A program made the translations under genes and the position numbers. The notes below the pieces were generated by a model. That model was not told the DNA's origin, ran no database searches, and saw nothing but the letters and a program-made list of their open reading frames with translations. A stretch of DNA of 64,000 nucleotides from Trichoplax adhaerens (taxonomy: Eukaryota; Animalia; Placozoa), in NCBI RefSeq assembly GCF_000150275.1, contig NW_002060943.1, forward strand, positions 8,831,070 to 8,895,069, written 5' to 3'. This document shows positions 13,213 through 32,700 of the stretch, piece after piece (the first letter of the stretch is position 1; each line of letters begins with the position of its first letter).

Positions 13213-13900
13213 GGACAAAACCACACGGGTTTAGTCTTTTCTCTAACATCAAGTCTACTGCACAGTGCAGTACAGTACACAGTACAGTACAGTAAGTATT
13301 CTCGTTTTGGTATTCATCAGACAACCCACATGGGTTGTCTCTTTTCTCTAAAATCAAGTATACAGTGCAGTACAGTAAGTATTCTCGTTTTGGTATTCAT
13401 TTGACAACCCATGTGACTCTAAATCAAGTATACAGTGCAATACAGTAAGTATTCTCGTTTTGGACAACCACATGAGTTTAGTCTCTTCTCTAAAATCAAG
13501 TATACAGTAAGACAGTAAGTACAGTATTCTCGTTTTGGTATTCAGTGGACAAAACACCCGGGTTTACCCTTTTCTCTAAAATGAAGTACAGTATTACTGC
13601 AGTGCACAGTAAGTATTCAGGGTGTAGAAATTCGATCTAGATTTAAAAAAAACAGATAAAATGATCAAAACTTTAAGCAGATATACAGTTTTATGGGTTT
13701 TATTCGAAAATAAATCATAAAAATATTCACTGACTTATCTAGAAAGAAATTCTACACCTTGTAAGTATTCTGGTTTTGGGCAAAATACATATAGTACATG
13801 TACTGTACAGTGTACAGTACGTAGGTTTAGTCTTTTCTCTAAAACAAGTACTGTACACTGTACAGTACAGTACAGTATTCTGATTTGGGTATTCAGTGAA
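13213..13900. repeat. Degenerate minisatellite (~60-100 bp unit, ~6 copies) upstream of the epimerase gene, interrupted by the MITE
   Basis: Recurrent blocks GACAA(A/C)CCAC..GGGTTTAGTCTTTTCTCTAAAATCAAGTATACAGT...CAGTAAGTATTCTCGTTTTGGTATTCA. The AGTATTCTCGTTTTGG core occurs near 13295, 13378, 13448 and 13523, with variants at 13764 and 13874. Confidence 0.85.
13618..13761. mobile_element. 144-bp non-autonomous hAT-like MITE
   Basis: Terminal inverted repeats CAGGGTGTAGAAATTCGATCTAGAT versus reverse-complemented CAAGGTGTAGAATTTCTTTCTAGAT (21/25 identical), flanked by a perfect 8-bp direct repeat TAAGTATT (13610-13617, 13762-13769). An 8-bp TSD and CAG-start TIRs are typical of hAT elements. 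Confidence 0.85.
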
Positions 13901-14222
13901 GTACTGTACTGTACTGTACAGTACAGTACGGAGAACTCTAGACATGTACTGTACAGTCCTGTACTGGACGGTATACAGTACTGTACTACAAAGTGTACAG
14001 TACAGTACAGTACTGTACAGTAGGATCCTTTTCCAAACCGATAAATCAGCACCTACAGTACAGTACTGTATTTTAGTTAAGCCGGCATTTTGTTCCCAAA
14101 TCCGCTCCATTTTTATATTTAACTTCATATTAAAGAATTGGACACCAAAAAGATCACGCTGTACTATATGTACAGCAAGTGCACATCTTGTCATCGGCTT
14201 GCCTACAGTACAGTACAGTACA
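13790..14222. repeat. (CAGTA)n/(TACTG)n low-complexity palindromic repeat tract
   Basis: Dense alternating CAGTACAGTA / TACTGTACTG runs; these produce the spurious YCTVQYSTV ORFs in the ORF track. Confidence 0.85.
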
Positions 14223-14658
14223 TGGCTTGTGATGCACTCAAGTTGGATGTGTTACTTTATATAACACTAGTGCAAACTCCCGTCGCTTTGCTGACGGTTT
14301 ACGATAATGTGCTCATTTAACAGATAGTATTACCATTTGATAGACCTGTCAGATTAAAATAAAATTAATAGTACAGTATAATAAGATTAAATTGATGAGA
14401 TGGGTCACGAGCGAAATATTTCAATCGATTGAAGAACTAGAATATCTTGCACTTCATTAGGTTAAGCACCTCAATATCGCGACGTATATTTAAGGGTAAA
14501 TTCTAGCATTTAATGAAATACAGTATGAAGATTATATACGTACACTACGGGAATGTAATCATACTTCTTGTACTGTAATGATTAGTTCAATCACACTACC
14601 TACGGCAATTAGTGTGGACAAACGAATAGTGTAGGTTCCTAATTAGTGTTAACCACGT

Positions 14659-14739
14659 TAAATATGGTATTACCCAAAATGTGCTAACGACCCACACTAA
14701 ATATGATATTACCAAAAATGTGCTAACTACCCACACTAA
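14659..14739. repeat. 39-bp tandem duplication
   Basis: AATATGGTATTACCCAAAATGTGCTAACGACCCACACTA / AATATGATATTACCAAAAATGTGCTAACTACCCACACTA. Confidence 0.75.
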
Positions 14740-15197
14740 CTGCCGTGCCCAGAGTCAGTGTTGGCTGATTTTAATACAACTATGCTACGAAAGTACCGAT
14801 ATTATCAAGTCGTTTTGCAAAATGGTTTCAACATTTGCAAATAATGAAACAAAATAAAGATTTTTCTAGCCTAATAGTAAATTGTCATTATTTAAGTTGT
14901 AATACATCAGTTTCAAGTAAAGCCTGCAGGACATACACCATTCGAAGAGCTTTATTTCGCATTCTGTGAGGGCTTAGTACGCAATTACTATTATCAGCTG
15001 ATACATGCACTTAGCGCCAACTCACCACCAAGGTACAGAATTAACGTCGCTGCCACTTATAGCATCTGCTACTTATTGTATTACACGAGTGTCCAGAGAT
15101 ATTCGAAGAATTTCAAATAAAGCAATTGAACTTCCAACTATTTACAACGGAATGTATCTTGCATTCTATTGCAACTGCAATTGCAGCGATTAGAATT

Positions 15198-20265
<5,068 letters not shown>

Positions 20266-20726
20266 GCTGGCTTGTGATTTTGTGGGGGGGCTAGCATTTA
20301 GCATCTAGCATTTAGCAATAGCATTTAGCTTGCTAGAGGAGGAGGAGCACACGAGGATTTACAATTTAGAGTACAAGTACTTTACAGTACAATGTACTGT
20401 GAAGGTATACAGTACCAACCCGTACTGTACTGTACCGTACTTTGTATTGTAGACGTTATTACAGGCCCACTATCAATCTATTGTACTGTACAGTCTACTG
20501 TACTGTAATAGTACTGTAGTAATAATAACACTGGTGTGTGTCATTGAAATGACGTAATTTACTGAGAGTAAAGTGAAGTGAATTCATTACACTGACGCTT
20601 GCCGTCTGAGTGGTACTGTACGACTCGTATCAAGCGGTCGGTATCCACGCAACCTATCTGCTGTGTCGGCGATCAAAATAAGATGGACGTTCTTTTTCGC
20701 CTATGAAAATCTCAATATAACCAACT
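20266..20726. promoter_or_regulatory. Putative bidirectional promoter / 5'UTRs of PRMT3 and TEP1
   Basis: Only 461 bp separates the divergent start codons (20265 and 20727). The interval contains a G7 run, a tandem TAGCA(TT) array (20292-20329), a CAGTA/TACTG tract (20370-20520) and a CRE-like TGACGTAA (~20550). Confidence 0.6.
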
Positions 20727-23700
20727 ATGTCTGAAAGTAAAGCGAATACTAGTGGAAGTTCATTGACTGCTAATAGGAATCTGTTGAGTACAACTGGTGT
20801 TGGACTTGATAGCGGCAGTTCCACAGCATTATCGAGTAATCTATTGTCCACAAAGTCTACTCTATTGACCACCGTTGAAGGTACTGATTGAGATACGAGT
20901 TAATGGAACATGCAATACTTTCCATTTATCACATAGTATGTAGTTAGAAAGATACTAGACGATCTTATGAAATAGTTGCTTTCTATCCATGATAAATAAT
21001 AATTAAACAATGTATCCGTAATTCTTTATAACGAATATTTTAGAGATTACAACGTCTAATAGCATCGTCTAGTAACGCCTTTGCGCTAGAGCTTATAAAT
21101 AAAACAAGGATACCTTTGAAGTCTTGGATCCAACATCATAATAGGATAATGCAATAGACTGATTGCTTGATTTTATTATATTTCCATACAGCCAGACAAA
21201 GTCGCCAAAATGCAGCTATGGCGAAATCACATCCAACACCGATGAGCAATCTGTATTCATTGGCTAATCCTAATCTTAAATTTACCAGTTTAGGTGGTAC
21301 TCCACAAAGTATGCATGTATCCACGATCAGTTCAACCATGAAGGTAAATACTGAATTGAATAAATTAACTCATCCTACACCTGCAGTTGCCAACTTATCA
21401 CAGCAAAATAACTGGACCATGGGACAGTCAACTGCAGCGAAGAAAACTAATTTATTAAGCTCAAATATGAACAAGCGTCACTGTAGCGGTCACGCTTTAA
21501 CCAACTATCAATTGCAACAAAGTACCAGTATTAAACCGAAAACGCTTAGGACTCTCTCCAGTATAGATAATACTAAGAGCCAAATTGGTGATGTTACCAT
21601 TGGGAAACAAGTTACCAATGATGATCAAATATTAAATGATCGATTAAGGTTATTATCTTCTCATACAGTTCATACCTACTTATTATTAAGGATAGTGATA
21701 GATAATAAATGGTATAATACCTTAAATTGCGCCGTCAACATTATATTATGATATCAAATTAATTTCTATAATATAAAAACAGTGATATTAAATATATATA
21801 TATATATAAATATATTTATATTCTCTATCTTAAGCTAATTGGTAATGTCAGTACTACAGTAATATGATCGATTAAATGGTGTTGTTGTATTAGTTCAATG
21901 ATGTACGTACACTTTAACCTATATTTAGGAAATCCAAAATTAATCAGTAAAATTACGGTCAATGTGCATTGCTGCATATCGAAAATTTGGCCCAAAGTGA
22001 TTATTTTATTTTTTACATTTTCATGCCTCCTTCGATAGCAACGTTGTCGACGAAGAAGAAATGATTCCAACTCCGGAATACGATCTTAAGGATTGGAAAA
22101 GCACCTCTGAAGATGATTTTGACGCAGAGGATCATATGGAAAAGCTCTATGCACCACCCAAGACTAGTTCAGATATTAGTAACTTGAAGGTTATATTCCC
22201 TTTTTATCGCTTAACCTTTGCTTACCGTTATAGAAATAAATCGCATGTCAGTCTACTACAGCACAGCGTATGTCAATAATAAATAAATATACCAACACTA
22301 TACTATACTGTATATAGCCATTAATATCAATTTTTTTTAATTTTCTAGAAATGCTTAATCAACGCTGCTTCCTCGTCATTGATTGGCTCTCCTGATTTTA
22401 AAAGTAGAAAAGATTTCACCAGGCGGCAGCTGAAATTTTTAGCTAACAAAATCCAGATTTATGACCCAGAATTCATTCTTAAAGTACGTCTTACATATAT
22501 TGTATCCCTACTCAAACTGCTCTCTACCTATCAACTCAACTATTAATACACGCCATCGAATATGTCCTATAATGACTGTTATACAACAGATCTAAAATGC
22601 GTAATATATTATTACATAATTTTGCTTAAATGCTATATTACAAAAATAATCTAAGGTCCTTTTTAAATTTCTTTGAAGGTTTCGTTGTATACACGCCAAG
22701 AGTTAGGAATACGTACTGCTGCTAATTTCTTATTGGCACTGGCAGCTAACATTCAAGCTTGTAGACCTTATCTGAAGAAATACTTTTCTACAATAATTAG
22801 ACTACCATCGGACTGGATTGAAGTTGCCGAATTATACCAGGTACAATAATCTCGTATAATTATGCGAAATATTATTTTCAGACTATTATACTGTACGTGC
22901 AATATTATGTTTTCTGATTTTTATCCGTAATAAATTTCTATTCTATTTTTAATCCTGGCCCTCTTGAAATTAGTCACTACATGATAAAACTATAAGGATA
23001 GGATCTTTACCTAAGGCTCTACGGAAGGTCATGGTAGATAAATTCGGTGGCTTTGACGAATATCAGTTGGGTAATGCTATAGATTAGGATGTAGTAATAT
23101 ACAAAAATTCTCAGATAATATAATTGTAATATAACAGTACGCTTGTGTATATATTTGATAGCTAAATATAATAGACAAAAGAGAAAAAAATCAAGCCAGA
23201 ATAAGAAAACGGATAAAACTTCACAGTTGGATCAAGCGGAATCAAATAATTACGCCTCAGAATTCAACGATATTATTTTCAGTGATGACTCCGAAGACGA
23301 AGAAGAAACAGTTCAAATGATGTTTACCTTAAAACAGTTAATTCGAAAATTGCATATAATCCAGCCAGCTGAACATGTTATGGCATTAATTGGAAAAAAG
23401 TAATATATACAGTAGATTGCGAGCACATGTAACACTGTAGTAAAAGTAAATAATAGAATCAGTTTTACTGTTGTAAATTTTTTCTGTAACTACATAATAA
23501 TCTGTGATACCTGTCCACTAGATATCCTGTAGACTTAGAAAGTTTTCATAAGAGTGGCTTGTCTGGTATTTGGAATTCGGTAAGACACTTTCTTATTCTT
23601 GTTAATTATGTAACATATAATATGCATAAATTACTTATTCATGAATATTACATATACACGTAACAGGAACGAGCTAACAAGCGAATGAAATTACCAGTTC

Positions 23701-26700
23701 CTGAAACTTGGGAAACGCAGTTATCATTGCATGGTAATAAAGCTTCAACATGGGAAACTCTAATTGGTAAGTCATTAAGATTAGCCACAGGACATATACG
23801 TTACCTTAGTTTACAGCATCTTTGCATAATATGACACTAATGGCATTCATGTTTAGTGCAATGCGTAATCACTTAGCAACACCTATGTGATCAATTTTGT
23901 GATTATTTTAGAGCACCAGAAGTTACCATTTATAGCCACTTTAAGGAATTTAAGAAATCTAATTAAGGCTGGGATCAGCGACAAGCATCATAACCGGATT
24001 ATTCGTAGACTTGAAAATGAAGTAAAGAGTATTTTATCCCCTTGTTTATATACAAATTATTCACGAAATAACGGATTTCAATTAAAATAATGTTGATTGA
24101 TACCTGATTGGTTAACTGATTAATTTTTAGAATTCAGTTATCAACAGCAAATTATTCCCTTTTCGTTTCTTTACGGCTTTTGAAGCTATCAATGGATATG
24201 AAAAGACGTCGCAAGGTATAGTTATTTACGTCCTCAAAATTTATCTACGATACTGAAATATCTAACGGCTGTTATCAGAGATATAAGTGTCTTTTGGGAT
24301 AATGGTTCTTATTTATTCATATACATTTTTGTTGGCAAATATTTTGAAGCTGGAGAATCTGGTAATCGCTTTAACAGGAAGTTTAAAAAATCAAATACGA
24401 AAAAAAAGAAACAGGTTGAGATGTAAGTAGATGTTGGTAATCTGTTTAACTAGCATTGCTGAATATGAATAAAAATTACTTTTTAACTTCACCTTTAGGC
24501 AAAAAACGGTTTCTGAAGCGCTTCTCAAACGATACAGGGAAGCATTAGATAATGCTGTAAAGGTAGCTACAAATCACAACGTTGCTCCTATTTGTGGCTC
24601 AACCCTCATTTTATGTAATGTTGCTGACGTGATGAAGATTCCTTGTACTGCAGCAAGAGGTCTTGGTAAACCTAGAACGGTAAATTTACCTTATCACGAA
24701 TTCTTTAAGCTTCATCATAAGCGTTTACCAAATAGGTAATCTGCTTACCACTATGATTGCTGATGAGATATCTGTACTTTATTAGTTGCTAGAAGTTGGC
24801 ATTTTGTTAGGCTTAATGTTCAGATACTCCTGCGAACAGTCTGAATTCATCATTTATGCTGATAACTGGAAAAAGATTGACGTATTCAACACTAATAGCA
24901 TTCTTGAAAATACCGAGTCTATCTGCACGCTAGTTGAAGTTAGTGAATATCACACGTTCTTATTTTAATACCCCTAACAGTATAATTGTATACAGCAATG
25001 ATGTCGATATCTTTCTTTGATTTTACTACAAAGAAATCAATGATCACTACAAGTCCAAACGGATTCCCTGAACAAGAAATGCTGAAATATCTTAAAGACC
25101 GAATTCAGGTGTTTAGCAAGCCATTCATAGTCTTTTTATAGATGAGCTATATTTATTTAATACGCTGTCGTTTATTTTCAAACGATACTATTTGGCTATT
25201 GTAGCTTGACAACCTCATTCTCCTTTCGAATGGATCAAGCGAAGTGCCTAATCACAGCGTTATGAATAGTTTTCTAACCAAATATAGAAGAGTAGTAAAT
25301 CCGAATCTACTTTACGTTAATGTGAATTTAAGCGGAAAAGTAACTGGGTGAGTTATATATATTTAAATGCAGTCAGTATTGCAATCTTAATCATTAACAT
25401 AATAATTCGATATATTCTTACTGTTTATAGATTTGATAGAAATAAGAAACTCAGCCATGAAAATGATGTTTACGTTACTGGGTTTAGCGACCAAATCTTA
25501 AAGTTAGTACTTTATAGCCAATATTATTATACTAAAATTGAATTCCTTTGTTGATGTCAGTACTTCCTGTTAATAAGTATACTGCTTACCATAATTATTA
25601 TTCATACTACTAAATTTTTAAGTAAAGTCGAAACTTTTGATGCGTTTTCAGTCGTTCAGAAATTACTTTGCATCTACAATAAAATATTATTTTTATTCAT
25701 CATTATAAAAAGAAATAGCTTTATTATGTTGTATTTGTCTAAATTTATTATTTAGAAATATTTACATCTGCTTTTTATACGTATACGTATTTTATAATAG
25801 ATTTGTGGCTGATAGAGGAGGGGATGGACAGTTAATCAACGTGGAGAATATTGATAATGCTTATAAACTGAAATCTATCAAGATACCTAATGTAATAGGG
25901 TTTTTAATGAATAAAAGTAGATCTGAAAAGCTCTCTTGCTAATGTAATATCATTATCTTATAATTTGATCAGGCTATCTCAAGTGTTGATAAAAGTGAGG
26001 ACAAATCGTATGGTATCGGAACTTTTGATATGTTTTTACCAAGGTCTTTAAAATCTGTCTTTACGATAATTCTGCATTATCAGCTCCATAGATCATTCCC
26101 GAAACTACAACATTCTGATGTAAATTCCCTACATTTTTAGGTGGAAAACCGTTCGTGTTTTCATATCATCTACGTTCTTAGATATGCATGGTGAAAGAGA
26201 TATTTTAACAAGGTATGTTTTTCCGGAGTTACGCGCAAGATGCCAGCGTCATTTTCTGAATATTTTTGAAGTGGACCTTCGTTGGGGTATCAACGAAGCT
26301 GACATACAACATAATAGGTAAAATTTAAATACAAGCGTTATAATAAATATAGTAGTAGCAAATTAAAAGATAGTATACAAATACTGAATTAATTCATCAA
26401 TTTTTGTTTACAGTATGCTCGAATTATGTTTAACTGAAGTCCAACGAAGTGATTATTTTATTGCTATACTTGGTCAACGATATGGTTGGTGCCCTAAAGA
26501 GTATGAAGTTCCACCAACTAGCGAATTTGATTGGGTAAGAAACTATCCGCCAAATAGGTCGGTGACCGAGCTAGAAATCCAACAAGCTATATTCAATAAC
26601 CCATCCGAAGCAATTCGAAAATGCTTTTGTTATATCAGAGATAACACTTTTGAGAGGTAAGCAGATAATGAAATGTTTTATCAATTTATGATCTCTGCTT

Positions 26701-29700
26701 ATGTTACAAACGATAAACTCTTACACATCGTCGCAATATCGATCTTAGATTTCTGTTCTTAATTAACTGGATCTAATATAGTTTTTCATTTTTCCGTTCT
26801 AAGTGATATACCTAAGAACTGGCTATTACAATTTGTCGATGATTCTGATATTGCAAAGGAGAAGATCGATAATTTAAAAAATCGTCTTCGGAAATGTGGC
26901 GTAGAAACTTATGAAAGGTATTACATGCTGCTCTAAACTTTTCATCTTCTCTACTGCAATGTTATTAACCAGAAATTGGCTTTATTTCTAATCAATTTTG
27001 AAAGATATCCGTGTAAGTGGGGTGGTATTGTTGACAAAAAGCCTTACCTAACAAATTTAGAACAGTTTGGTCTTAGGGTTTTGCATAACCTATGGAATGC
27101 AATTGAACGCGACTACATTCAAAATGACAATGTAGGTATATTGAACAAGCTTAAACAATAAACGAATTTTTCCTGAAATATACTAAATATGTATGTACAA
27201 TAATTATGTTAATGGTGCGCTTTTTCTTGAATACATTCAAGGACAATAACTTCGAAGATGAAGAATACAACACACAAATTTCAGTTGTCGATTTACACTC
27301 TAAAGATTTTATAGGCAGGAAGCGATTATGTAAGGAATCGAATGATTTGTTGCATGAAAGTGAACAAGGAATTATTTTATACTGTGGTAAAAAAGGTTGT
27401 GGAAAAACTGCTTTAATGGTAAGACTGCATTTTTAATAGCAAAAGACGAAAAGTCTTAATAGGTAAATGTAGGTAGGTTATAATTGCTTATTATTTTAAT
27501 GTAGGCCAGACTAGTAAAAGACCAAATGTCGACCACTAACTGGTGTCATCGAATTATCCCTTATTTTATTGGTTCATCAAGCGGTAGCTGTAAAATAACT
27601 AACTTATTACACTATTTTTGCCGGCAACTGAAGCGAGGGGCTGACATTGTTCAAGAAATACCTGATACATATCAGTTCGTATACCATATATATTCTTAAT
27701 ATCGTATGTTTTAATGATATTAAAAGGTTTGTATGTGCAAATTTTCGCAACATTTAGGGAGCTTGTTACATGTTTTCATGAATTCCTTATCCAATCGGCA
27801 TCCTTTCATGGTAGCAATCCAGTGATAATATTTATCGACGGTTTAGATCAATTGAATTCGTACTACAATGCCAAAGACTTGCAATGGCTACCTCAATTAA
27901 TTCCTGAGGTTTGTAGTTCAATTCTTTTTCGAGCGACAGTTTAATCCTTGTTGTTCTAGTACTGTAGATAATGCGGCTATTGGAGTGTGCTATATTGACT
28001 TTTATAAATGTCACACTTTGTGGTAATTGTTCGATTTCAACGTTCGACCTATAGATTTTAATAGTATAATGTGCGTATTTTTATTTTTAGAACGTGTTAT
28101 TCGTAGTAAGTGTAAATGAAAACGAAGACTGCTTTAAGAATCTTGAACATCGATCAGACATTATCCATAATTTTAAGCTATCGGGAATCGATTCGTGGGA
28201 GAAAGCTACCTTTGTCCGACAGATTCTTCAAAAATATCGTAAAAGTCTTGATGAGTCCAATTTTAATAAACAAATGAACGTTCTAATATCCAAACGTGAA
28301 GCATCTAGTCCATTATTTTTAACTTTAGCATGTGAAGAATTGAGAATGTTTGGAATTTTCGAGCAGGTATGATTGTTCAGCGATATAATGTATGTTGTAG
28401 TGTATTTAATAATTAATTCGATATTAATAGTGTGCAAATGTTTATACAATGCATATTTCATGCTTTATTAACGGATAAAATTACATAGATCACCGAACGA
28501 ATTAAGACTATATCTCAAACTATACACGGACTATTGGAGCAAACCCTTGAAAGGATCGAAATAGATCATGGAAAAGAAATTGTAACAGCATTATTTCAAG
28601 TTGTACTCAGCTCTAAAGATGGTAATTATTACTGGATGTTACTTATCGGAAATTACGCAAATAAAGTGTCCCTTTTCTTTTATCAAATAATTTCAATTCT
28701 TTCTAACTGATGCCTAACGTCGTTTCCAGGTATTGACGAAACGTATCTACCTCTTCTTTTGGGTGTATTAACATTACCCGAGATAAAGAAAGACTTAATG
28801 CAGATTTCAATTAAAAAGTTATCACAATATACCACCAGTGCACTACCTATTTGTCCGCTGATGTATGCCAGACTCCTCCGAGCTGTTAAGGAATTTCTAT
28901 TTCCGGCTCAGCAGCAAGATCTCGTGTAATTTTTATTTCGTTTTACGATTAGTCGAGCGTCATAATGATTTTGTATCTGCTCTTATGCCATCATATACTT
29001 TTGTTACGTATTGAACATTACAAATACTGTAATATTAAGAGCTTTATTAACGCGATTGACAGAAGTTCCTGTCAGCTAGCTATTCAGCACGGAAAAATTA
29101 AGGAAGTCCTAGAAGCTCGCTACACGAAAATGGAGCGGTCCAATAAACTTGCTTTTATACATAAAACATTAGCTGGTATGAATAACGTATAATAATGTTT
29201 CATATTAAACTCAACCGCAATCTTGTTCGGTTATGCAATACTAAAGCATAATCTCGTGTCTTTGAAGCCTTTTATCTGGTAAAAGCGGATCCTACCAGCA
29301 ACCGATCTTGGGAAGGTTTTGACCCATGGGCTTTTATTGCGTTACCTTACCACTTGGTAAATCAACAATTATAGCATAATTTTACTGCAACCGACTTTAA
29401 GTATTGTAAAAATGTACAAAATTCCGCTTTTTAGATTCGTGGTGCTTGTTATAATGAATTATCGGAGCTCTTATGTGACCTGAAATTTATTACCGCTAAA
29501 TGTAAACTTGGCTTAGTAAACCACCTTATCGATGATTACCATGGTCAAGGTTAACGGACCCAATTCAAATATCTGTAAAAATCATTGTATAAATTTATAA
29601 CGCTTATCACTATTGAATTTAAATAGTTACTTTTGAAAGAGTGAGTGAAGATAAAGCATACCACAAAGCCATGAAGCAACAAAAAATTCAGGTTTACGCT

Positions 29701-32700
29701 AAATAATAACTACTCTAAAATGTTTACAAACTAAATGATGTCAATTAAGAACATACCCACACTTATATCTGCAATATACTGTTATACGAAGTGTATTGAC
29801 AAAACCTGCTTCAACTGTGTACCGTAATTTGCAATAGTAACTTATCATGAGTAGTCAAGTTTAAGGATTGACTTTTACCCATTTTTTGGCTATAGGATTT
29901 TGGAAATTTTGTTTCCAGAAATTTAAGCATCCTTAAGACGTAAGTATGAGTTTAGTTTCCTTTACGACAGTAACCGAATATATGTCTAAGATTGCGAATT
30001 TTACTGAAAGTATTGACCCGAAATGATTAAGCATTTAATAATCTTTGAAGGAATGCGTTTTTATGCCAGCAACAAGCTCTTAACGAGCCGTTAAATACCT
30101 ACCCAGCTGAATTAGCCGCTGCACAAATAAAGACTGAAGCTAGGTCTTCGAATAATCTTATTATGGAATGGTGTAATAAGCCAACTCATTGCAACCCATG
30201 CTACATGACTCTTGAAGGATTTCAACAGGTAACTTGTTTTGTTCTTACAGCAAGATAGAATCTTCAGAACTTAAGCTTTATTACAGTAATTTTAAGATGT
30301 TTGTTATATTACATTTATTGCAAATAATAATTTATTAGTATACTATACTTGATATAAAGTGCTAAAAAAGGAAAGTAATTGCGGTACTGATCTCGTATAG
30401 GAAACAATTATTATTGCATTTGCAATATACGAGCACTATTAATAATGTCGAACTGAAGTCAAAAATTCTAGAACTTCTGTGCTCTTGTAGTTAATATTTA
30501 TAATTTTTGCTAGCCACTCCTAGCCATTGCCATATCAGAAGATGACCAATACGTTGCTTGTGGTTCTAAAGATTGTACTGTTAAACTATTCGAGCTATCG
30601 ACGGCAAAAGTAACCAAAATTGACTATATTAGTTTCTCTTTTAGTATTTGATCGTAGGGGTAAGATGCGAACAAACACATTTGCTATGTTATCATAGGAA
30701 TTAAAGAGTTTCGTTGGTCATGCGGGGCCGGTAACTGATTGCTGCTTTATTGGCAGTAAGTATTTATGCAGCGCCTCACTAGACGGTAACATTAGCGTAT
30801 GGGATTTAGCTAACGGTCACAGGTGTGCTTCGATACAAAATATACGTAACATGTGAAACTTATCTCGTAACCGCATTTATTGCTGGATTTAAAATTAGTC
30901 TTTGTACAGTACTGTTTAGAATTCACTTCCAAATTGTCAGTAAGAATTTTTGATTTTTGTATTTTTGTATAGACGACATATACTCTCGCTACACCATAGA
31001 TCGATATGTCAGTGTACAGTGGATAGAAATGAGAAATTTATAGCATCGGCTTCACTAGACGGGAACGTAATAATTTGGAAAGTTAACGATGGAAGTTCAT
31101 TTGGCAAATTCAGTGTAAAAAGGTTCGCTATGCCTTTTAATTTTTAAGTACAAAAATTACATTAAATTTCTTTGATTGATTCTAGTATTAAGATGATTTC
31201 ATAGTTCACGAAACCTATTTATCACTTTCAATTACATAATTAATATCATTAACTTTTAGCAACCGCCCCTTCAATTGCGTATCATTTCATCCCGAAGCAC
31301 CGTTAATTGTAGCTGGTAATTGGGATACAAATATTTATACCTGGGATGTAAATACGAAAGAACAAAAGCAGGTAAGATACAAACTTTATCGACTACTTTT
31401 TTTAAATCTAAAGACACTCGGCACATAGAGTAAGTATTGACGCCGCTCATCCTCAGAATCCTTATTCTAATGATCATACCTAGGTACTACGTGGACATAC
31501 AGCCTCTATTAGAGATGTCGCATTTTGTAATGGTGGTAATTTTGTTATATCTGCTGATATATCCGGACAAGTTATGATTTTTTCTTTAGCCCACGGAACA
31601 AATGTATGATGATTTTGGAAATACGCATTTAGGGTTGTTATGGAGCTCTTCGATAATAATTAGAAACTGTGGTATGATACTCTTTCTAGGTTGGCAGCTT
31701 GCATGGTCATTTCTTCCCTATAAACAAAATAGCAGTATCCAGTAATCCCCACGTATTAGCAACTGCCAGTGATGACCATAAAGTAAAGGTAAGTTTAACT
31801 CCATTAATATATCATTAAAATCAAATAGAGTATTTAGGATCAGTAATAAGTGTCCACAATCTCGAAATGCTTATAGCTATGGAGGAATACATTAGGCAGG
31901 GCATTATTTTCCAGTCATTTTGAAATGCAGCGAATGACTGCGGTTAAAATTAGCCTTAGCGGAAAGTTTATCGCAGTTGGATCATCAAATGGTGATTTAT
32001 CTATTATTGACCGAAATGTGGGCAATCAAATTTTATCAGGTAATTACAGAGAGTGACATGTATGAATTCCGCTTTTATTACTATAATCAATTATTGCAAT
32101 TACATCGAGATCTAATCAATTACTATCGCTTTGCGTTAATGCTTCAATTTTTTTGCAAAAGTATTCGTGAATGAAATTTTCGATAATAGCGTAGTTTATC
32201 TTTACAAGTGCCTTACTAACAACTGCTCTATACGCATAAACTTCTCTATATTTAAAATCAACTAGTGTTGATATTGATATTTTTCAAACTTAGTTCAAGC
32301 ACATAAACAATGTATTCGATCTCTAACCTGGTCTCCATGTGGATTAAATATTATCACTGCATCTGATGATAAAACTGTCAAGGTCTGTCGTGTTACTTAC
32401 CTTTATACTATTCCTGCTGCAACATCACATATTTCGATATTATAAGTTTCGAAATATACATACTGATGTAATTGTTGTTATTATTAGGGCATATATAATA
32501 TAATATAATCTATTACCAATAGTAAGGTTGCATCCATTTATGACTATACAGATTATCAACATTGAACATGCAGATATTAAAGAAACATTATCTGACCATT
32601 CTGCAGCTGTAACATGCATTGCCAGTTCAAAAAAGTATTTAGCTACAGGATCGGAAGACTGTTCTATAAATCTTTACCACAAGCACACTGTGTATCGGTT

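Noticed and set aside
13213-13617. CRISPR-like repeat-spacer appearance of the AGTAAGTATTCTCGTTTTGG repeats
   Set aside because: The intervening segments are homologous to each other, so this is a minisatellite. The context is eukaryotic and has no cas genes.
13111-14320. Overlapping 60-150 aa ORFs rich in YCTV/QYST (also at 41620 and 43310)
   Set aside because: Artefacts of the stop-poor CAGTA/TACTG repeat, open on both strands.
15026-15065. Possible first exon of the epimerase (TLILYLG-G|gtgagt) in the PRMT3 3' region
   Set aside because: It has an in-frame TAA after its ATG, and a much better exon (MQDCNKPKILILG-G) exists at 13022-12983.
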